Shown here piece after piece: positions 1 through 13,789 of a stretch of DNA of 64,000 nucleotides. Both the position numbers and the translations under genes were made by a program. The stretch spans positions 6,448,001 through 6,512,000 of the forward strand of contig OZ024760.1 in assembly GCA_964016885.1 (NCBI GenBank), in the 5' to 3' direction. How positions within the stretch are numbered: position 1 is the stretch's first letter; every line of letters begins with the position of its first letter. The notes below the pieces were generated by a model. That model saw nothing but the letters and a program-made list of their open reading frames with translations. It made no database searches and had not been told where the DNA came from. Source of the stretch: Eledone cirrhosa (taxonomy: Eukaryota).

Positions 1-354
1 ATAATGAAGGCAGCTTGATTTAACAGTTTTAAGATGGGGATATGGAATAAGAAGGGGTGCAGGTGGGGTGACGAAAAGAGATGAAATTTAAGGTAAAACA
101 AAAATGAGTGTTCGGAGGGGGGCGGGGTGCAGAACGAAGAACCAACGATCAGAGCAATGAGGATGATGAAGATGTTAAGCTGCTATAAAATGACAAAACT
201 ATAAAGAGACATTTGTTTACCCAAGGGGGGTTTTAATATGATGTAAAAGCTAATTTAATTCTCATTAATTTCCATAAATTTATCGTTGTTGTTGTTGTTG
301 CTTTCTCAAAGATTATCTTTAGTGCAGTGAAATTAGACACTTCAAAATGGGTGC

Positions 355-386
<32 letters not shown>

Positions 387-454
387 GATATATGTATATA
401 TATATGTATGTATGTATATATATGTGTATATATCTATGTGTATATATCTATATG

Positions 455-485
<31 letters not shown>

Positions 486-494
486 GTATATATG

Positions 495-529
<35 letters not shown>

Positions 530-676
530 ATATATATGTATATATATATGTGTATATATATATGTGTATATATGTATGTATATATATATATATATATATA
601 TGTATATGTGTATGTATATATATATATGTATGTATGTATATATATATATATGTATATGTGTATGTATATATATGTA

Positions 677-948
677 TCATCATCATCATCATCATTTCAT
701 TTTACGTCCGCTTTTTCCCTGCTTGCAAGGGTGGGACGGGAACTGATTCTGGCTTGATTTCTACAGCTGGATGCCCTTCCTAACACCAACCTCATTTACA
801 GTGAGTGCTGGGTGCTTTTTTGCCGTGGCACCTCCACGACCACTTTGCAGTGGAATGATATGGACCCCAGTCCCTATCATCTCATTTCTACAGCTGAGCA
901 AACTGGAGCAATGTGAAATAAAGTGTCTTGCTCAAGGAAACAACACAT
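677..948 (-). mobile_element. SINE family A (CORE-like), 5'-truncated copy
   Basis: Near-identical to the 3' part of the full copy at 59713-60057; (ATG)n tail. Confidence 0.9.
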
Positions 949-980
949 CATATATATATATGTATCTGTATATATGTATG

Positions 981-1073
<93 letters not shown>

Positions 1074-1106
1074 ATAAATGTATGTATGTATGTGTATATA
1101 TGTATG

Positions 1107-1151
<45 letters not shown>

Positions 1152-1195
1152 GTATGTATGTATATATATGTATGTATACACCTCTCAAAGTCAAA

Positions 1196-1604
1196 CCTTA
1201 CCCAACTACACCTCTCAAAGTCAATGACACACGACCGTGACTTCTGGCGTCACGCAGTAATACAGGGTACCCGACCTCCCATGGGTACATGCTGAAGCAT
1301 ATAAACAATATGCCCCCCCCCCCCCCCCACCGCAAGGTGGTCGTGGAGGTGCCACGGCAAAAAAGCACCCAGCCCACACTGTAAAGTGGACGTGTAGGCG
1401 CCACGAAAAAGCACCCAGCACTCACTGTAAATGAGGTTGGTGTTAGGAAGGGCATCCAGCTGTAGAAATCAAGCCAGATCAGTTCCTGTATGAGCAAGGC
1501 ATGGTCAGCCGACCAGACACTGCCCACAACAGGACAACCCGTCTAACCCATGCTAGCGTGGAAGAACGGACGTAAAACGGTGATGATGATGATGATGATG
1601 ATGA
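1196..1604 (+). mobile_element. 3' end of composite RTE LINE (ORF end + poly-C + SINE-shared 3' UTR), 5'-truncated
   Basis: Encodes [32 protein letters not shown]; near-identical to 15713-16283 and 45398-45964; (GAT)n tail. Confidence 0.85.
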
Positions 1605-1672
1605 TATACGTATGTATGTGTATATATGTATATATATATGTATACGTATGTATGTGTACGTACGTATGTATG

Positions 1673-1708
<36 letters not shown>

Positions 1709-2130
1709 TATATTTACATATTTATATTTATATTTATATATATATCTATATCTTTTTTTAAATAAATTTTATATATTGTAGGTTATCTTAATGACTTTCA
1801 TGTTTAACTGAGAAGTTCCACATTACAACCCCCTCCTTTCAAACATCAACAACAGTACAATGATACACAAGACTGCTGCTTTCCCCCCTATACAATAGAA
1901 TATTTCAAGTGTTTTCAAATTACATTACAAACTTATGTTATTGATTTTGTTTGGGTTCATTGATCTACCTGATTGAATTAATTTGTCAATTGTCAATCGC
2001 AATTAAGAAAAATAAACAACTCTGTCTATGTATGTATATATATATATATGTATGTAAATGGATGTATATGTATGTGTGTGTATATATATATATATGTATG
2101 TATGTAAATGGATGTATATGTATGTGTGTG

Positions 2131-2163
<33 letters not shown>

Positions 2164-2190
2164 GTAAATGGATGTATATGTATGTGTGTG

Positions 2191-2222
<32 letters not shown>

Positions 2223-2235
2223 AATGGATGTATAT

Positions 2236-2279
<44 letters not shown>

Positions 2280-2361
2280 CTTTGGCGGTATTCAGTAATA
2301 GAGAAGACCCGCCTTACCTAAATACAAAGTAAAAACCTACTACAGTCAGTAGGCACCTCTA

Positions 2362-2715
2362 TCAAAACACACCCCCGTCCCACCACCTCCACCCCACCCA
2401 CACCGCCCCTTTCAATGTAAAGTTATGTTGGTCCCACAACATCCAGGCCGAAACAAATGAGATCGTGTAGGTGTCACGACAAAAAACACACAGTCCACGC
2501 TGTAAATGTGGCCGTGTAGGCAACACGGTAAAAACCTCCCAGCCCCACACTGTAAATGTGGTTGGTGTTAGGAAGGGCATCCAACTGTAGAAAACCCGCC
2601 AGACAGTCCTATGCGAGCAAGACAACAACTCTTGCCTCAAGTGGGAAAACCCCCGTCCAAACCCATGCAAGCGTGGAACACGGACGCTAAACCTGATGAT
2701 GATGATGATGATGAT
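2362..2715 (+). mobile_element. Headless retroposon (family C) sharing the CACTGTAAA body and an RTE-type (GAT)n tail
   Basis: Similar to 28968-29289; contains GGTTGGTGTTAGGAAGGGCATCCA shared with SINE A. Confidence 0.65.
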
Positions 2716-2759
2716 ATGTATGTATGTAAATGGATGTATATGTATGTGTGTGTATATAT

Positions 2760-3042
2760 ATCATCATCATTTCAATTTATGTCCGCTTTTTTCCTGCTTG
2801 CAAGGGTGGGACGGGAACTGATTCTGGCTTGATTTCTACAGCTGGATGCCCTTCCTAACACCAACCTCATTTACAGTGAGTGCTGGGTGCTTTTTTGCCG
2901 TGGCACCTCCACGACCACTTTGCAGTGGAATGATGGGGACCCCAGTCCCTATCATCTCATTTCTACAGCTGAGTAAACTGGAGCAATGTGAAATAAAGTG
3001 TCTTGCTCAAGGAAACAACACATCACCCGGTCTGAGAATTGA
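2760..3042 (-). mobile_element. SINE family A, 5'-truncated copy
   Basis: Reverse complement matches SINE A from the B box to the tail. Confidence 0.9.
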
Positions 3043-3103
3043 ATATATATATATATATATACACACACACATATGTATATATATATGTATGTAAATGGAT
3101 GTA

Positions 3104-3137
<34 letters not shown>

Positions 3138-3289
3138 AACATATATATACATATGGCTTCAGCCGGATGGCTGGAACAGGTGAAAGAGTAAAAGAGTATA
3201 TATATATATGAATGGATATATATGTATTACCCTACTCCATCCTACTATTTCTGTCCACTGTAAAGTGGTTGTGTCGGTGACACAACAAA

Positions 3290-5030
3290 AGGCTCCCACT
3301 CCACACTGTAAAGTGGTCATGTAGGAGACACGGTAAAAAGGCTCCCAGTCCACACTGTAAAGTGGTTGTGTAGGAGACATGGTAAAAAGGCTCCCAGTCC
3401 ACACTGTAAAGTGGTTGTGTAGGAGACATGGTAAAAAGGCTCCCAGTCCACACTGTAAAGTGGTTGTGTAGGAGACATGGTAAAAAGGCTCCCAGTCCAC
3501 ACTGTAAAGTGGTTGTGTAGGAGACATGGTAAAAAGGCTCCCAGTCCACACTGTAAAGTGGTTGTGTAGGAGACATGGTAAAAAGGCTCCCAGTCCACAC
3601 TGTAAAGTGGTTGTGTAGGAGACATGGTAAAAAGGCTCCCAGTCCACACTGTAAAGTGGTCATGTAGGAGACATGGTAAAAAGGCTCCCAGTCCACACTG
3701 TAAAGTGGTCATGTAGGAGACATGGTAAAAAGGCTCCCAGTCCACACTGTAAAGTGGTTGTGTAGGAGACATGGTAAAAAGGCTCCCAGTCCACACTGTA
3801 AAGTGGTTGTGTAGGAGACATGGTAAAAAGGCTCCCAGTCCACACTGTAAAGTGGTTGTGTAGGAGACATGGTAAAAAGGCTCCCAGTCCACACTGTAAA
3901 GTGGTTGTGTAGGAGACATGGTAAAAAGGCTCCCAGTCCACACTGTAAAGTGGTTGTGTAGGAGACATGGTAAAAAGGCTCCCAGTCCACACTGTAAAGT
4001 GGTTGTGTAGGAGACATGGTAAAAAGGCTCCCAGTCCACACTGTAAAGTGGTTGTGTAGGAGACATGGTAAAAAGGCTCCCAGTCCACACTGTAAAGTGG
4101 TTGTGTAGGAGACATGGTAAAAAGGCTCCCAGTCCACACTGTAAAGTGGTCATGTAGGAGACATGGTAAAAAGGCTCCCAGTCCACACTGTAAAGTGGTC
4201 ATGTAGGAGATATGGTAAAAAGGCTCCCAGTCCACACTGTAAAGTGGTTGTGTAGGAGACATGGTAAAAAGGCTCCCAGTCCACACTGTAAAGTGGTCAT
4301 GTAGGAGACATGGTAAAAAGGCTCCCAGTCCACACTGTAAAGTGGTTGTGTAGGAGACATGGTAAAAAGGCTCCCAGTCCACACTGTAAAGTGGTTGTGT
4401 AGGAGACATGGTAAAAAGGCTCCCAGTCCACACTGTAAAGTGGTTGTGTAGGGGACATGGTAAAAAGGCTCCCAGTCCACACTGTAAAGTGGTTGTGTAG
4501 GAGACATGGTAAAAAGGCTCCCAGTCCACACTGTAAAGTGGTCGTGTAGGAGACACAGTAAAAAGGCTCCCAGTCCACACTGTAAAGTGGTCGTGTAGGA
4601 GACACAGTAAAAAGGCTCCCAGTCCACACTGTAAAGTGGTCATGTAGGAGACATGGTAAAAAGGCTCCCACTCCACACTGTAAAGTGGTTCTGTAGGAGA
4701 CATGGTAAAAAGGCTCCCAGTCCACACTGTAAAGTGGTTGTGTAGGAGACATGGTAAAAAGGCTCCCAGTCCACACTGTAATGTGGTTGTGTAGGAGACA
4801 TGGTAAAAAGGCTCCCAGTCCACATTGTAAAGTGGTAGTGTAGGAGACACAGTAAAAAGGCTCCCAGTCCACATTGTAAAGTGGTTGTGTAAGAGACATG
4901 GTAAAAAGGCTCCCAGTCCACACTGTAAAGTGGTCATGTAGGAGGCACAGTAAAAAGGCTCTCAGTCCACACTGTAAAGTGGTCGTGTAGGAGACACGGT
5001 AAAAAGGCTCCCAGTCCACACTGTAAATAT
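3290..5030 (+). repeat. 49-bp minisatellite (about 35 units) inside a family C retroposon that ends near 5187
   Basis: Unit GGCTCCCAGTCCACACTGTAAAGTGGTTGTGTAGGAGACATGGTAAAAA; runs directly into GGTTGGTGTTAGGAAGGGCATCC and a (GAT)n tail. Confidence 0.95.
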
Positions 5031-5232
5031 GGTTGGTGTTAGGAAGGGCATCCAGCCGTAGAAAACCTGCCAGGGACACTTCTGTACGAGCGAGACATGG
5101 TCTCCCGACCAATCATGCTTCAAGTGGAACAAAACCGTCTAACACATGGTAGCGTGGAAGATAGATCTTAAACGATGATGATGATGATATATATATATAT
5201 AGTTGTTAATTCTTTTGTTCCTTTAGTTTCAG

Positions 5233-5281
<49 letters not shown>

Positions 5282-5381
5282 ATGTAAATGCTAATGGGTT
5301 AAAAGAATTGATATAAAATAAATTTTAACCAATTTTAACTTAACTGAAATCTTTACTTTTCTTTTTTTTTAAATCTTGCAG

Positions 5382-5490
5382 GAAAAATGTAGATTCTAGT
5401 CCATCGCTGGAATCTAAAAGAAACCGATCTCCTGGACGTAAAAATAGAGACAAATCTAAAATAATGGATGAGGATACATTTGCCGAAGAT
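5382..5490 (+). CDS. Internal coding exon of an unidentified host gene (xKNVDSSPSLESKRNRSPGRKNRDKSKIMDEDTFAED)
   Basis: Polypyrimidine tract plus TTGCAG acceptor ending at 5381, GTAAGT donor at 5491, 109 bp open in one frame (1 nt + 36 codons), non-repetitive sequence amid repeats. Confidence 0.7.
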
Positions 5491-5639
5491 GTAAGTACTT
5501 GGTTTGTCTCTGCATTTTCAATTTCTTTTCCTTTTACTTTTATCCATGTAGGACATTTAAAAAAAATATATATATCTGATATATATTTATCCTTATCGAG
5601 CCCTCTTTGGATTTTAGTCTTCAAATTTATTATTATTAC

Positions 5640-5717
<78 letters not shown>

Positions 5718-5764
5718 ATATGTATATGTATGTATGTATGTATATTTTTTTTTCTCTTTCTCTT

Positions 5765-6553
5765 AATTTCGAGTATATTTTTTTTGACCGGCCACCTTCC
5801 TGGTGGCAAGGTTGTAAAAGAAAAGAAATTGTCATCCCTTGAATCGCAAGAATGTTTTGCATATTTTGAAGGTGCCAGCTATCGCAGCCATTTGTAGACT
5901 ATGAATTAGGGAGCTGCGCTTTTTGTCCGCAAATCCAAGTTCGGTCATACTTTGGTCCAAGCGGGTTGGTATATAACCCGTAGCACCAATAATGATGGGT
6001 ATGAAGCTAAAGGTGTATCTTGGATACTGGATTTGTAAGCTCCTCATCAATGGTCCGTAGATGTCCTCCTTCTCCTGTATTTTTCTGACAACGTTTACAT
6101 CAAGTGGGCAGCTGATCTCCACAACAGAACACGTTTTCAATGTGTGGTCCCAAACTACAATATCAGGCCGGTTGTGCTTTAATTTGGTGGCAGTTTTTAT
6201 TTTCAGGTTCCACCAGTATTCCTTAGTGCCATCTGTCTCAATATATTCTTCCTCGTTTGTTGTTAATTTTGTTTTCCGAAGTGCGTTCCAGATAGTTCTA
6301 GCTATCCCATCGTGTCTCATGGGGAGGTAGTAGCGAGATGACATTCTTTCGCAGCTGGCAACAATGTGGCTTACATCCTCGATCTTTGTTTTACATAGCC
6401 TACATTTATTGTCAGCTGCTGGCCCTCCTCTTTTGTGCAGCAGATATTTGGTAGGGAGTTCTTGTTCCTGTATTGCATAGAGATATCCCTCAAGGTGTGA
6501 TGTCATAAACTTGTCGGAACTCCATGCCAGGCTTTTTGAGTGGTTTATCCCTT
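5765..6553 (-). mobile_element. 5'-truncated RLE-type non-LTR retrotransposon (R4/Dong-like): zinc knuckle and restriction-like endonuclease
   Basis: ORF 5832-6506 has the CRLC..H...C knuckle, RHD, HNRPDIVV, VEISCP, KEDIY and IPIIIGATG motifs; flanked by (TATG)n/(TA)n. Confidence 0.88.
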
Positions 6554-6554
6554 C

Positions 6555-6588
<34 letters not shown>

Positions 6589-6797
6589 TGTATGTATGTA
6601 TGTATATATATTCCAAGGTAAGTCTTTGTGAGTTTTACATTACCAATCCTATGACTCTTACAGGTCTAGCCCTGTCTGCTGTCTACTCAATGTATTGAGT
6701 ACCTTGCTTTGGTTGGTTGTGGTTTATCCCTAACCGAAACAGGACCCTAGCTCCTCTATTTGCCTCCCTCTCCCCTACCCTTTGTATTTATTATTAT

Positions 6798-6869
<72 letters not shown>

Positions 6870-6989
6870 GAAGTAATTCCATCGGAAAAGTCCAGGAAAA
6901 AAGAGTGCTCTATGTATGCAACAGAGCTTAATTATTATTATTATGTAATAAACAACATAAGGCAATTATTCCATTTACCAGTGGTTTCT

Positions 6990-7024
<35 letters not shown>

Positions 7025-7108
7025 ATACATATACATGTTTTTATTCTTTTATTCTTTTACTGGATTGAGTTATTTGAGTTATGATTGCAACCATACACAC
7101 ACACACTG

Positions 7109-7142
<34 letters not shown>

Positions 7143-7443
7143 TGACATACATTGACACACACACAAAAGTCTGCATATCTACAAAAGACATAAAACATTG
7201 TCATGAAATTACAAATAATTCAGTAGATCGACCCCTAGAGAATAAATGGCCTTGTAATATTAACTCCACCTGAGCTGCTCAGCCACTCCCTGTCAATCTA
7301 ACAAATGATGTTATTGTTCAGAAAATGCAGCTTGTGAAACAACTAACAACAATAAAAATATTTCAATGTGTTTATATTGTCTACTTATCTGTCTTTCTAT
7401 CTATGTGTGTGTGTGTGTGTGTGTATATATACGTGTGTGTGTC

Positions 7444-7530
<87 letters not shown>

Positions 7531-7585
7531 CTGTGTGTGTGTGTATGTGTATAAATATATATATATCATCACGATGATAATGATA

Positions 7586-7900
7586 TGGCCTTGCAATCGA
7601 AAGGTTGTGAGTTCAATTCTCAGACCGGGTGATGTGTTGTTTCCTTGAGCAAGGCACTTTATTTCACATTGTTCCAGTTTACTCAGCTGTAGAAATGAGA
7701 TGATAGGGACTGGGGTCCCTATCATTCCACTGCAAAGTGGTCGTGGAGGTGCCACGGCAAAAAAGCACCCAGCACTCACTGTAAATGAGGTTGGTGTTAG
7801 GAAGGGCATCCAGCTGTAGAAATCAAGCCAGAATCAGTTCCTGTCCCACCCTTGCAAGCAGGGAAAAGTGGACGTAAAATGAAATGATGATGAAATGATG
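7586..7900 (+). mobile_element. SINE family A, lacking the A box
   Basis: Matches SINE A from the anticodon arm to the tail. Confidence 0.9.
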
Positions 7901-7934
7901 ATATATATATGCCTCTATCTCTCCCTCTGTATGA

Positions 7935-7979
<45 letters not shown>

Positions 7980-7997
7980 ATACACATATATATATAT

Positions 7998-8036
<39 letters not shown>

Positions 8037-8627
8037 GATATATATATATATATATATACAGGTGATATATACATATGATATATATATACATATGACATAT
8101 ATATATATATATAATATATATTGTATATATTGCATGTATATGATATTGTTGTAATAAATTGTATATAGTTTGTATGTCAATTCTCATGGATGACCTCTGA
8201 CAATGTAGACCATTCATTCATTGACGTAAAACGGTGAATGGAAGAGAAAATAATGCATAAAGAAATAAGAACAGGATTTCTGGTTTACTTAATGCATAAT
8301 ATATAAAGCGCATAGTGTTGCTGGTGTTAACCCACACAGTCACAAACAGAGACATACAGATGCAGACTGATACATACACACACATACACATACACACACA
8401 TACACACACATACACATACACACACATACACATACACACACATACACACACATACACATACACACACATACACATACACACACATACACACACATACACA
8501 CACATACACATACACACACATACACATACACACGCATATACAAAAAACAAAAAAAAACTGCTGCACCTTTTCTATATATCTCTGGATGAGCTGGGGACTG
8601 ATTGGGGGAATTAGTGAAGTCCTGAGA

Positions 8628-9630
8628 AGTTGTTGTTGGTGATATTAAGGGTAATCAGCTGTAGAAGCCATATCAAAGCAGCTGACAACCTCCCTATTGC
8701 TGATGACAGGGTAAATACACCCAGTACACTCTGTAAAGTTGTTGGTGATAGGAAGGGTAACCAGCTGTAGAAACGATATCAAAGCAGCTGACAACCTCTC
8801 CAGTGCTGAAGACATGATAAATACACCCAGTACACTCTGTAAAGTTGTTGGTGATATTAAGGATAACCAGCTGTAAAAAACGATATCAAAGCAGCTGACA
8901 ACCTCCCTATTGCTGATGACAGGGTAAATACACCCAGTACACTCTGTAAAGTTGTTGGTGATATTAAGGGTAACCAGCTGTAGAATCCATATCAAAGAAG
9001 GAGATGACAACCTCCCTATTGCTGATGACAGGATAAATACACCCAGTACACTCTGTAAAGTTGTTGGTGATATTAAGGGTAACCAGCTGTAGAATCCATA
9101 TCAAAGAAGGAGATGACAACCTCCCTATTGCTGATGACAGGATAAATACACCCAGTACACTCTGTAAAGTTGTTGGTGATATTAAGGGTAACCAGCTGTA
9201 GAAACGATATCAAAGCAGCTGACAACCTCCCTATTGCTGATGGCAGGGTAAATACACCCAGTACACTCTGTAAAGTTGTTGGTGATATTAAGGGTAACCA
9301 GCTGTAGAAACGATATCAAAGCAGCTGACAACCTCCCTATTGCTGATGACAGGGTAAATACACCCAGTACACTCTGTAAAGTTGTTGGTGATATTAAGGG
9401 TAACCAGCTGTAGAATCCATATCAAAGCAGATGATAACCTCCCTATTGCTGATGACAGGATAAATACACCCAGTACACTCTGTAAAGTTGTTGGTGATAT
9501 TAAGGGTAACCAGCTGCTGAAGCCATATCAAAGAAGGAGATGACAACCTCTCCAGTGCTGAAGACATGATAAATACATCCAGTACACTCTGTAAAGTTGT
9601 TGGTATTTAAGGGTATCCATCTGTAGAAGT
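8628..9630 (+). repeat. About 107-bp minisatellite (about 9 units) derived from the SINE body
   Basis: Repeating ACACCCAGTACACTCTGTAAAGTTGTTGGTGATATTAAGGGTAACCAGCTGTAGAA...; further related unit at about 9975-10075. Confidence 0.9.
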
Positions 9631-9910
9631 GGAGGCACGTGGCCTTATGGTAAGGGTGTTGAACTTACGATCATAATGTCGGGGGTTCAATTCCTGGACA
9701 GGGTTGTGTATTATGTTCTTTAGCAAAACACTTCATGTCATGTTGCTCTAGTATACTCAGCTGAAAATGATTACCAGCAATAGCTGGGGTTTTAACCCTG
9801 CGATGGACTGGTGTCCTGTCCAGGGGTCTGTCTTGTATTCTCAGTTGCTTCACTCCATGAAACCATGATAAGCACCGGCCTAACGAACATTCTGGCTTAA
9901 GACAGACTTT
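9631..9910 (+). mobile_element. Older, diverged tRNA-head CORE-like SINE
   Basis: GGAGGCACGTGGCC..TGGT head, GGTTCAATTCC B box, degenerate TTTAGCAAAACACTT...CTCAGCTGAAAATG core. Confidence 0.7.
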
Positions 9911-10185
9911 AGTTAGATTAGATATAGCTGTAGAGACCATATCAATGGATAGGTCTGTTCAGGTGTGTCAACAACATGACAACCTCCCTGGTGTTAATGA
10001 CATGATAAATACACCCAGTACACTCTGTAAAGTTGTTGGTGATAGGAAGGGTATCCAGCCTTAGAAAACTATACCAAAGAGAGCCTAAAAAGTTTGAGAA
10101 TCTCTGAACTCTACTGACTAATGTGTCCTTTTTTGTTTAAAACAAACCCCAGCAAACAAACCAAAAAAGACAGTAGTATGTAATT

Positions 10186-10906
10186 TGAGGGAGATGTAGC
10201 TATTATTTCTAACACACACCTCGACCGTGTACAGACTCTCTATTGCCAGTTTCAGGGAGATGTAGCTGTTATTTCTAACACACACCTCGACCATGTACAG
10301 ACTCTCTATTGCCAGTTTCAGGGAGATGTAGCTGTTATTTCTAACATACACTGAGACCATGTACAGACTCTCTATTGCCAGTTTCAGGGAGATGTAGCTG
10401 TTATTTCTAACATACACTGAGACCATGTACAGACTCTCTATTGCCAGTTTGAGGGAGATGTAGCTGTTATTTCTAACACACACCTCGACCATGTACAGAC
10501 TCTCTATTGCCAGTTTGAGGGAGATGTAGCTGTTATTTCTAACATACACTGAGACCATGTACAGACTCTCTATTGCCAGTTTGAGGGAGATGTAGCTGTT
10601 ATTTCTAACATACACTGAGACCATGTACAGACTCTCTATTGCCAGTTTCAGGGAGATGTAGCTGTTATTTCTAACATACACTGAGACCATGTACAGACTC
10701 TCTATTGCCAGTTTGAGGGAGATGTAGCTGTTATTTCTAACATACACTGAGACCATGTACAGACTCTCTATTGCCAGTTTGAGGGAGATGTAGCTGTTAT
10801 TTCTAACACACTGAGACCATGTACAGACTCTCTATTGCCAGTTTGAGGGAGATGTAGCTGTTATTTCTAACACACTGAGACCATGTACAGACACTCTATT
10901 GCCAGC
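10186..10906 (+). repeat. 66-bp minisatellite (about 11 units)
   Basis: Unit GAGGGAGATGTAGCTGTTATTTCTAACATACACTGAGACCATGTACAGACTCTCTATTGCCAGTTT. Confidence 0.95.
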
Positions 10907-11004
10907 TTGGCAAGTCTAATTAAAGTGACAGGTATTTTGACTATAAAACATGTAAGACATTTTTTTTTTGTTCCACCACCACCACCATTACCAGCAACAG
11001 TGCC

Positions 11005-11038
<34 letters not shown>

Positions 11039-11274
11039 TCATTAGCAGCAGCACCACCAGCACCACCACCACCAATTTAATAAATTCTTTAATTTTGAAT
11101 GGTTTTAGTTTGTTGTAGTGAAATTCCTTTTGAGTTTCCGATAAAACTGACAGCCGGATTCTCTGGAGATAGAAATTGATAAAAATGTGTTGAAGTACTG
11201 AATATTGAGAATTTATGGTCAAATATGGAGGAGAGAATGGAATGGATGGAAGGAAGAAAGGAATAAAGACAGTT

Positions 11275-13000
11275 TTATAGGCCCAGACATGATTGTGTAG
11301 ACATAGGAATGACTGTATAGGCCCAGATATGGCTGTATAGGCCCAGACATGATTGTATAGACATAGGAATGACTGTATAGGCCCAGATATGGCTGTATAG
11401 GCCCAGACATGATTGTATAAACATAGGAATGACTGTATAGGCCCATATATGGCTGTATAGGCCCAGACATGATTGTGTAGACATAGGAATGACTGTATAG
11501 GCCCAGATATGGCTGTATAGGCCCAGACATGATTGTATAGACACAGGAATGACTGTATAGGCCCAGATATGGCTGTATAGGCCCAAATATGGCTGTATAG
11601 GCCCAGACATGATTGTATAGACACAGGAATGACTGTATAGGCCCAGATATGGCTGTATAGGCCCAGACATGATTGTATAGACACAGGAATGACTGTATAG
11701 GCCCAGACATGATTGTATAGACATAGGAATGACTGTATAGGCCCAGACATGATTGTATAGACATAGGAATGACTGTATAGGCCCAGATATGGCTGTATAG
11801 GCCCAGACATGATTGTATAGACACAGGAATGACTGTATAGGCCCAGACATGATTGTATAGGCCCATACATGATTGTATAGGCATAGGAATGACTGTATAG
11901 GCCCAGACATGATTGTATAGACATAGGAATGACTGTATAGGCCCAGACATGATTGTATAGACACAGGAATGACTGTATAGGCCCATACATGATTGTATAG
12001 GCCCATACATGATTGTATAGGCATATAAATGACTGTATAGGCCCAGACATGACTGTATAGGCATAGGAATGACTGTATAGGCCCATATATGGCTGTATAG
12101 GACCAGATACGGCTGTATAGGCCCAGACATGATTGTATAGACATAGGAATGACTGTATAGGCCCAGATATGGCTGTATAGGCCCAGACATGATTGTATAG
12201 ACATAGGAATGACTGTATAGGCCCAGATATGGCTGTATCGGCCCAGACACGGCTGTATAGGACCAAAGATGGGTGTTTAGACACAGAAATAGCTGTATAG
12301 TCATAGGTGTGGTTGTATAGGCACAGGAATGGCTGTATAGTCATAGGTGTGGTTGTATAGGCACAGGAATGGCTGTATAGTCATAGGTGTGGTTGTATAG
12401 GCACAGGAATGGCTGTATAGTCATAGGTGTGGTTGTATAGGCACAGGAATGGCTGTATAGTCATAGGTGTGGTTGTATAGGCACAGGTGTGGTTGTATAG
12501 ACACAGGAATGGCTGTATAGGCACAGGTGTGGTTGTATAGGCACAGGTGTGGTTGTATAGGCACAGGAATGGCTGTATAGGCACAGGTGTGGTTGTATAG
12601 TCCCAGACATGGTTGTACAGAAATAGGAATGGTTGTATAGGCACAGACATGGCTGTATAGACACAGACCTGGCTGTATAGGCACAGGCATGGCTGTATAG
12701 GCACAGACCTGGCTGTATAGGCACAGACATGGCTGTATAGACACAGAACGTGGCTGTATAGACACAGACCTGGCTGTATAGGCACAGACGTGGCTGTATA
12801 GGCACAGGCGTGACTGTATAGGCACAGGTGCGACTGTATAGGCACAGGTGTGGCTGTATAGACACAGACCTGGCTGTATAGGCACAGGCGTGGCTGTATA
12901 GGCACAGGTGTGACTGTATAGGCGCAGACATGGCTGTATAGGTATAAATATGATTGTATAGGCACTAGTGGAGCTGTATAAGCACAGACGTGTAGGTATA
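11275..13000 (+). repeat. 20-bp minisatellite with variant units (about 85 units)
   Basis: Units such as GCCCAGACATGATTGTATAG and GCACAGGTGTGGTTGTATAG, in register across the array. Confidence 0.95.
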
Positions 13001-13066
13001 GGAGGCATGGCTGTGTGGTTAAAGAGTTCATTTGACAGACACATGGTTCTGGGTTGAGTCCCTCGC
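13001..13066 (+). mobile_element. tRNA-derived SINE head remnant
   Basis: GGCATGGCTGTGTGGTT A box and GGGTTGAGTCCC B box-like motif. Confidence 0.55.
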
Positions 13067-13093
13067 TTTGTTTTTAAATTACAAATCATTATT

Positions 13094-13555
13094 GGTGGAT
13101 TGGCTGTATCAGTAGAGCATCAGACACCATGCTTTGCAGCATAGAGTTACGGCCCTTTATGGTCTGAGTTCAAATCCCACCGAGGTTAAATTTGCCTTTC
13201 ATCCTTACGGGGTCGATAAAATAAAGTACCAGTAATACACTGGGATAATTGCTGGCCTTGTGCCAAAAGTAGAAACAATTGAGGTTAAATTTGCCTTTCA
13301 TCCTTACGGGGTCGATAAAATAAAGTACCAGTAATACACTGGGATAATTGCTGGCCTTGTGCCTAAAGTAGAAACAATTATTATTATTATTAGGCATCGG
13401 ATTGGCAGTATTGGTAAAGCATCAGACACCAAGCTTTGTAGCATAGAGTTATGGCCCTTTATATTCTGAGTTCATATTCCACCGAGGTTAGCTATGCCTT
13501 GATATGGGGTTGATAAAATAAAGTACCAGTAATGCACTGGGGTCAATTTAATTGA
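13094..13555 (+). mobile_element. Cluster of SINE family B copies (one copy with a duplicated 3' half plus a second copy)
   Basis: GGATTGGC..TATC/TTGGTA A box, GAGTTCAAATCC B box, TTGCCTTTCATCCTTACGGGGTCGATAAAATAAAGTACCAG central domain, GAAACAATTATT tail. Confidence 0.85.
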
Positions 13556-13652
13556 CTCTTTTCCCCAAAAAAATTGTTGTTAATGTTGCTGTTCTTGTTG
13601 ATGTTGTTACTATTGTTGTTGTTAATGTTGTTCTTGTTGGTGGTGGTGGTGA

Positions 13653-13683
<31 letters not shown>

Positions 13684-13758
13684 GGTGGTGGGGGGGGTGA
13701 TGTTGTTGGTGGTGATGTTGTTGGTGGTGGTGGTGGTGGTGGTGATGTTGGGGGGGGA

Positions 13759-13789
<31 letters not shown>

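Noticed and set aside
327-1295. Y/I/M/C/V-rich ORFs here and throughout the track
   Set aside because: They are translations of (TA)n/(TG)n microsatellites, open in several frames on both strands
3290-5030. Regular arrays here and at 10186, 18790, 26675 and 60057 as possible CRISPR arrays
   Set aside because: Units are head-to-tail with no unique spacers, there are no cas genes, and the context is eukaryotic
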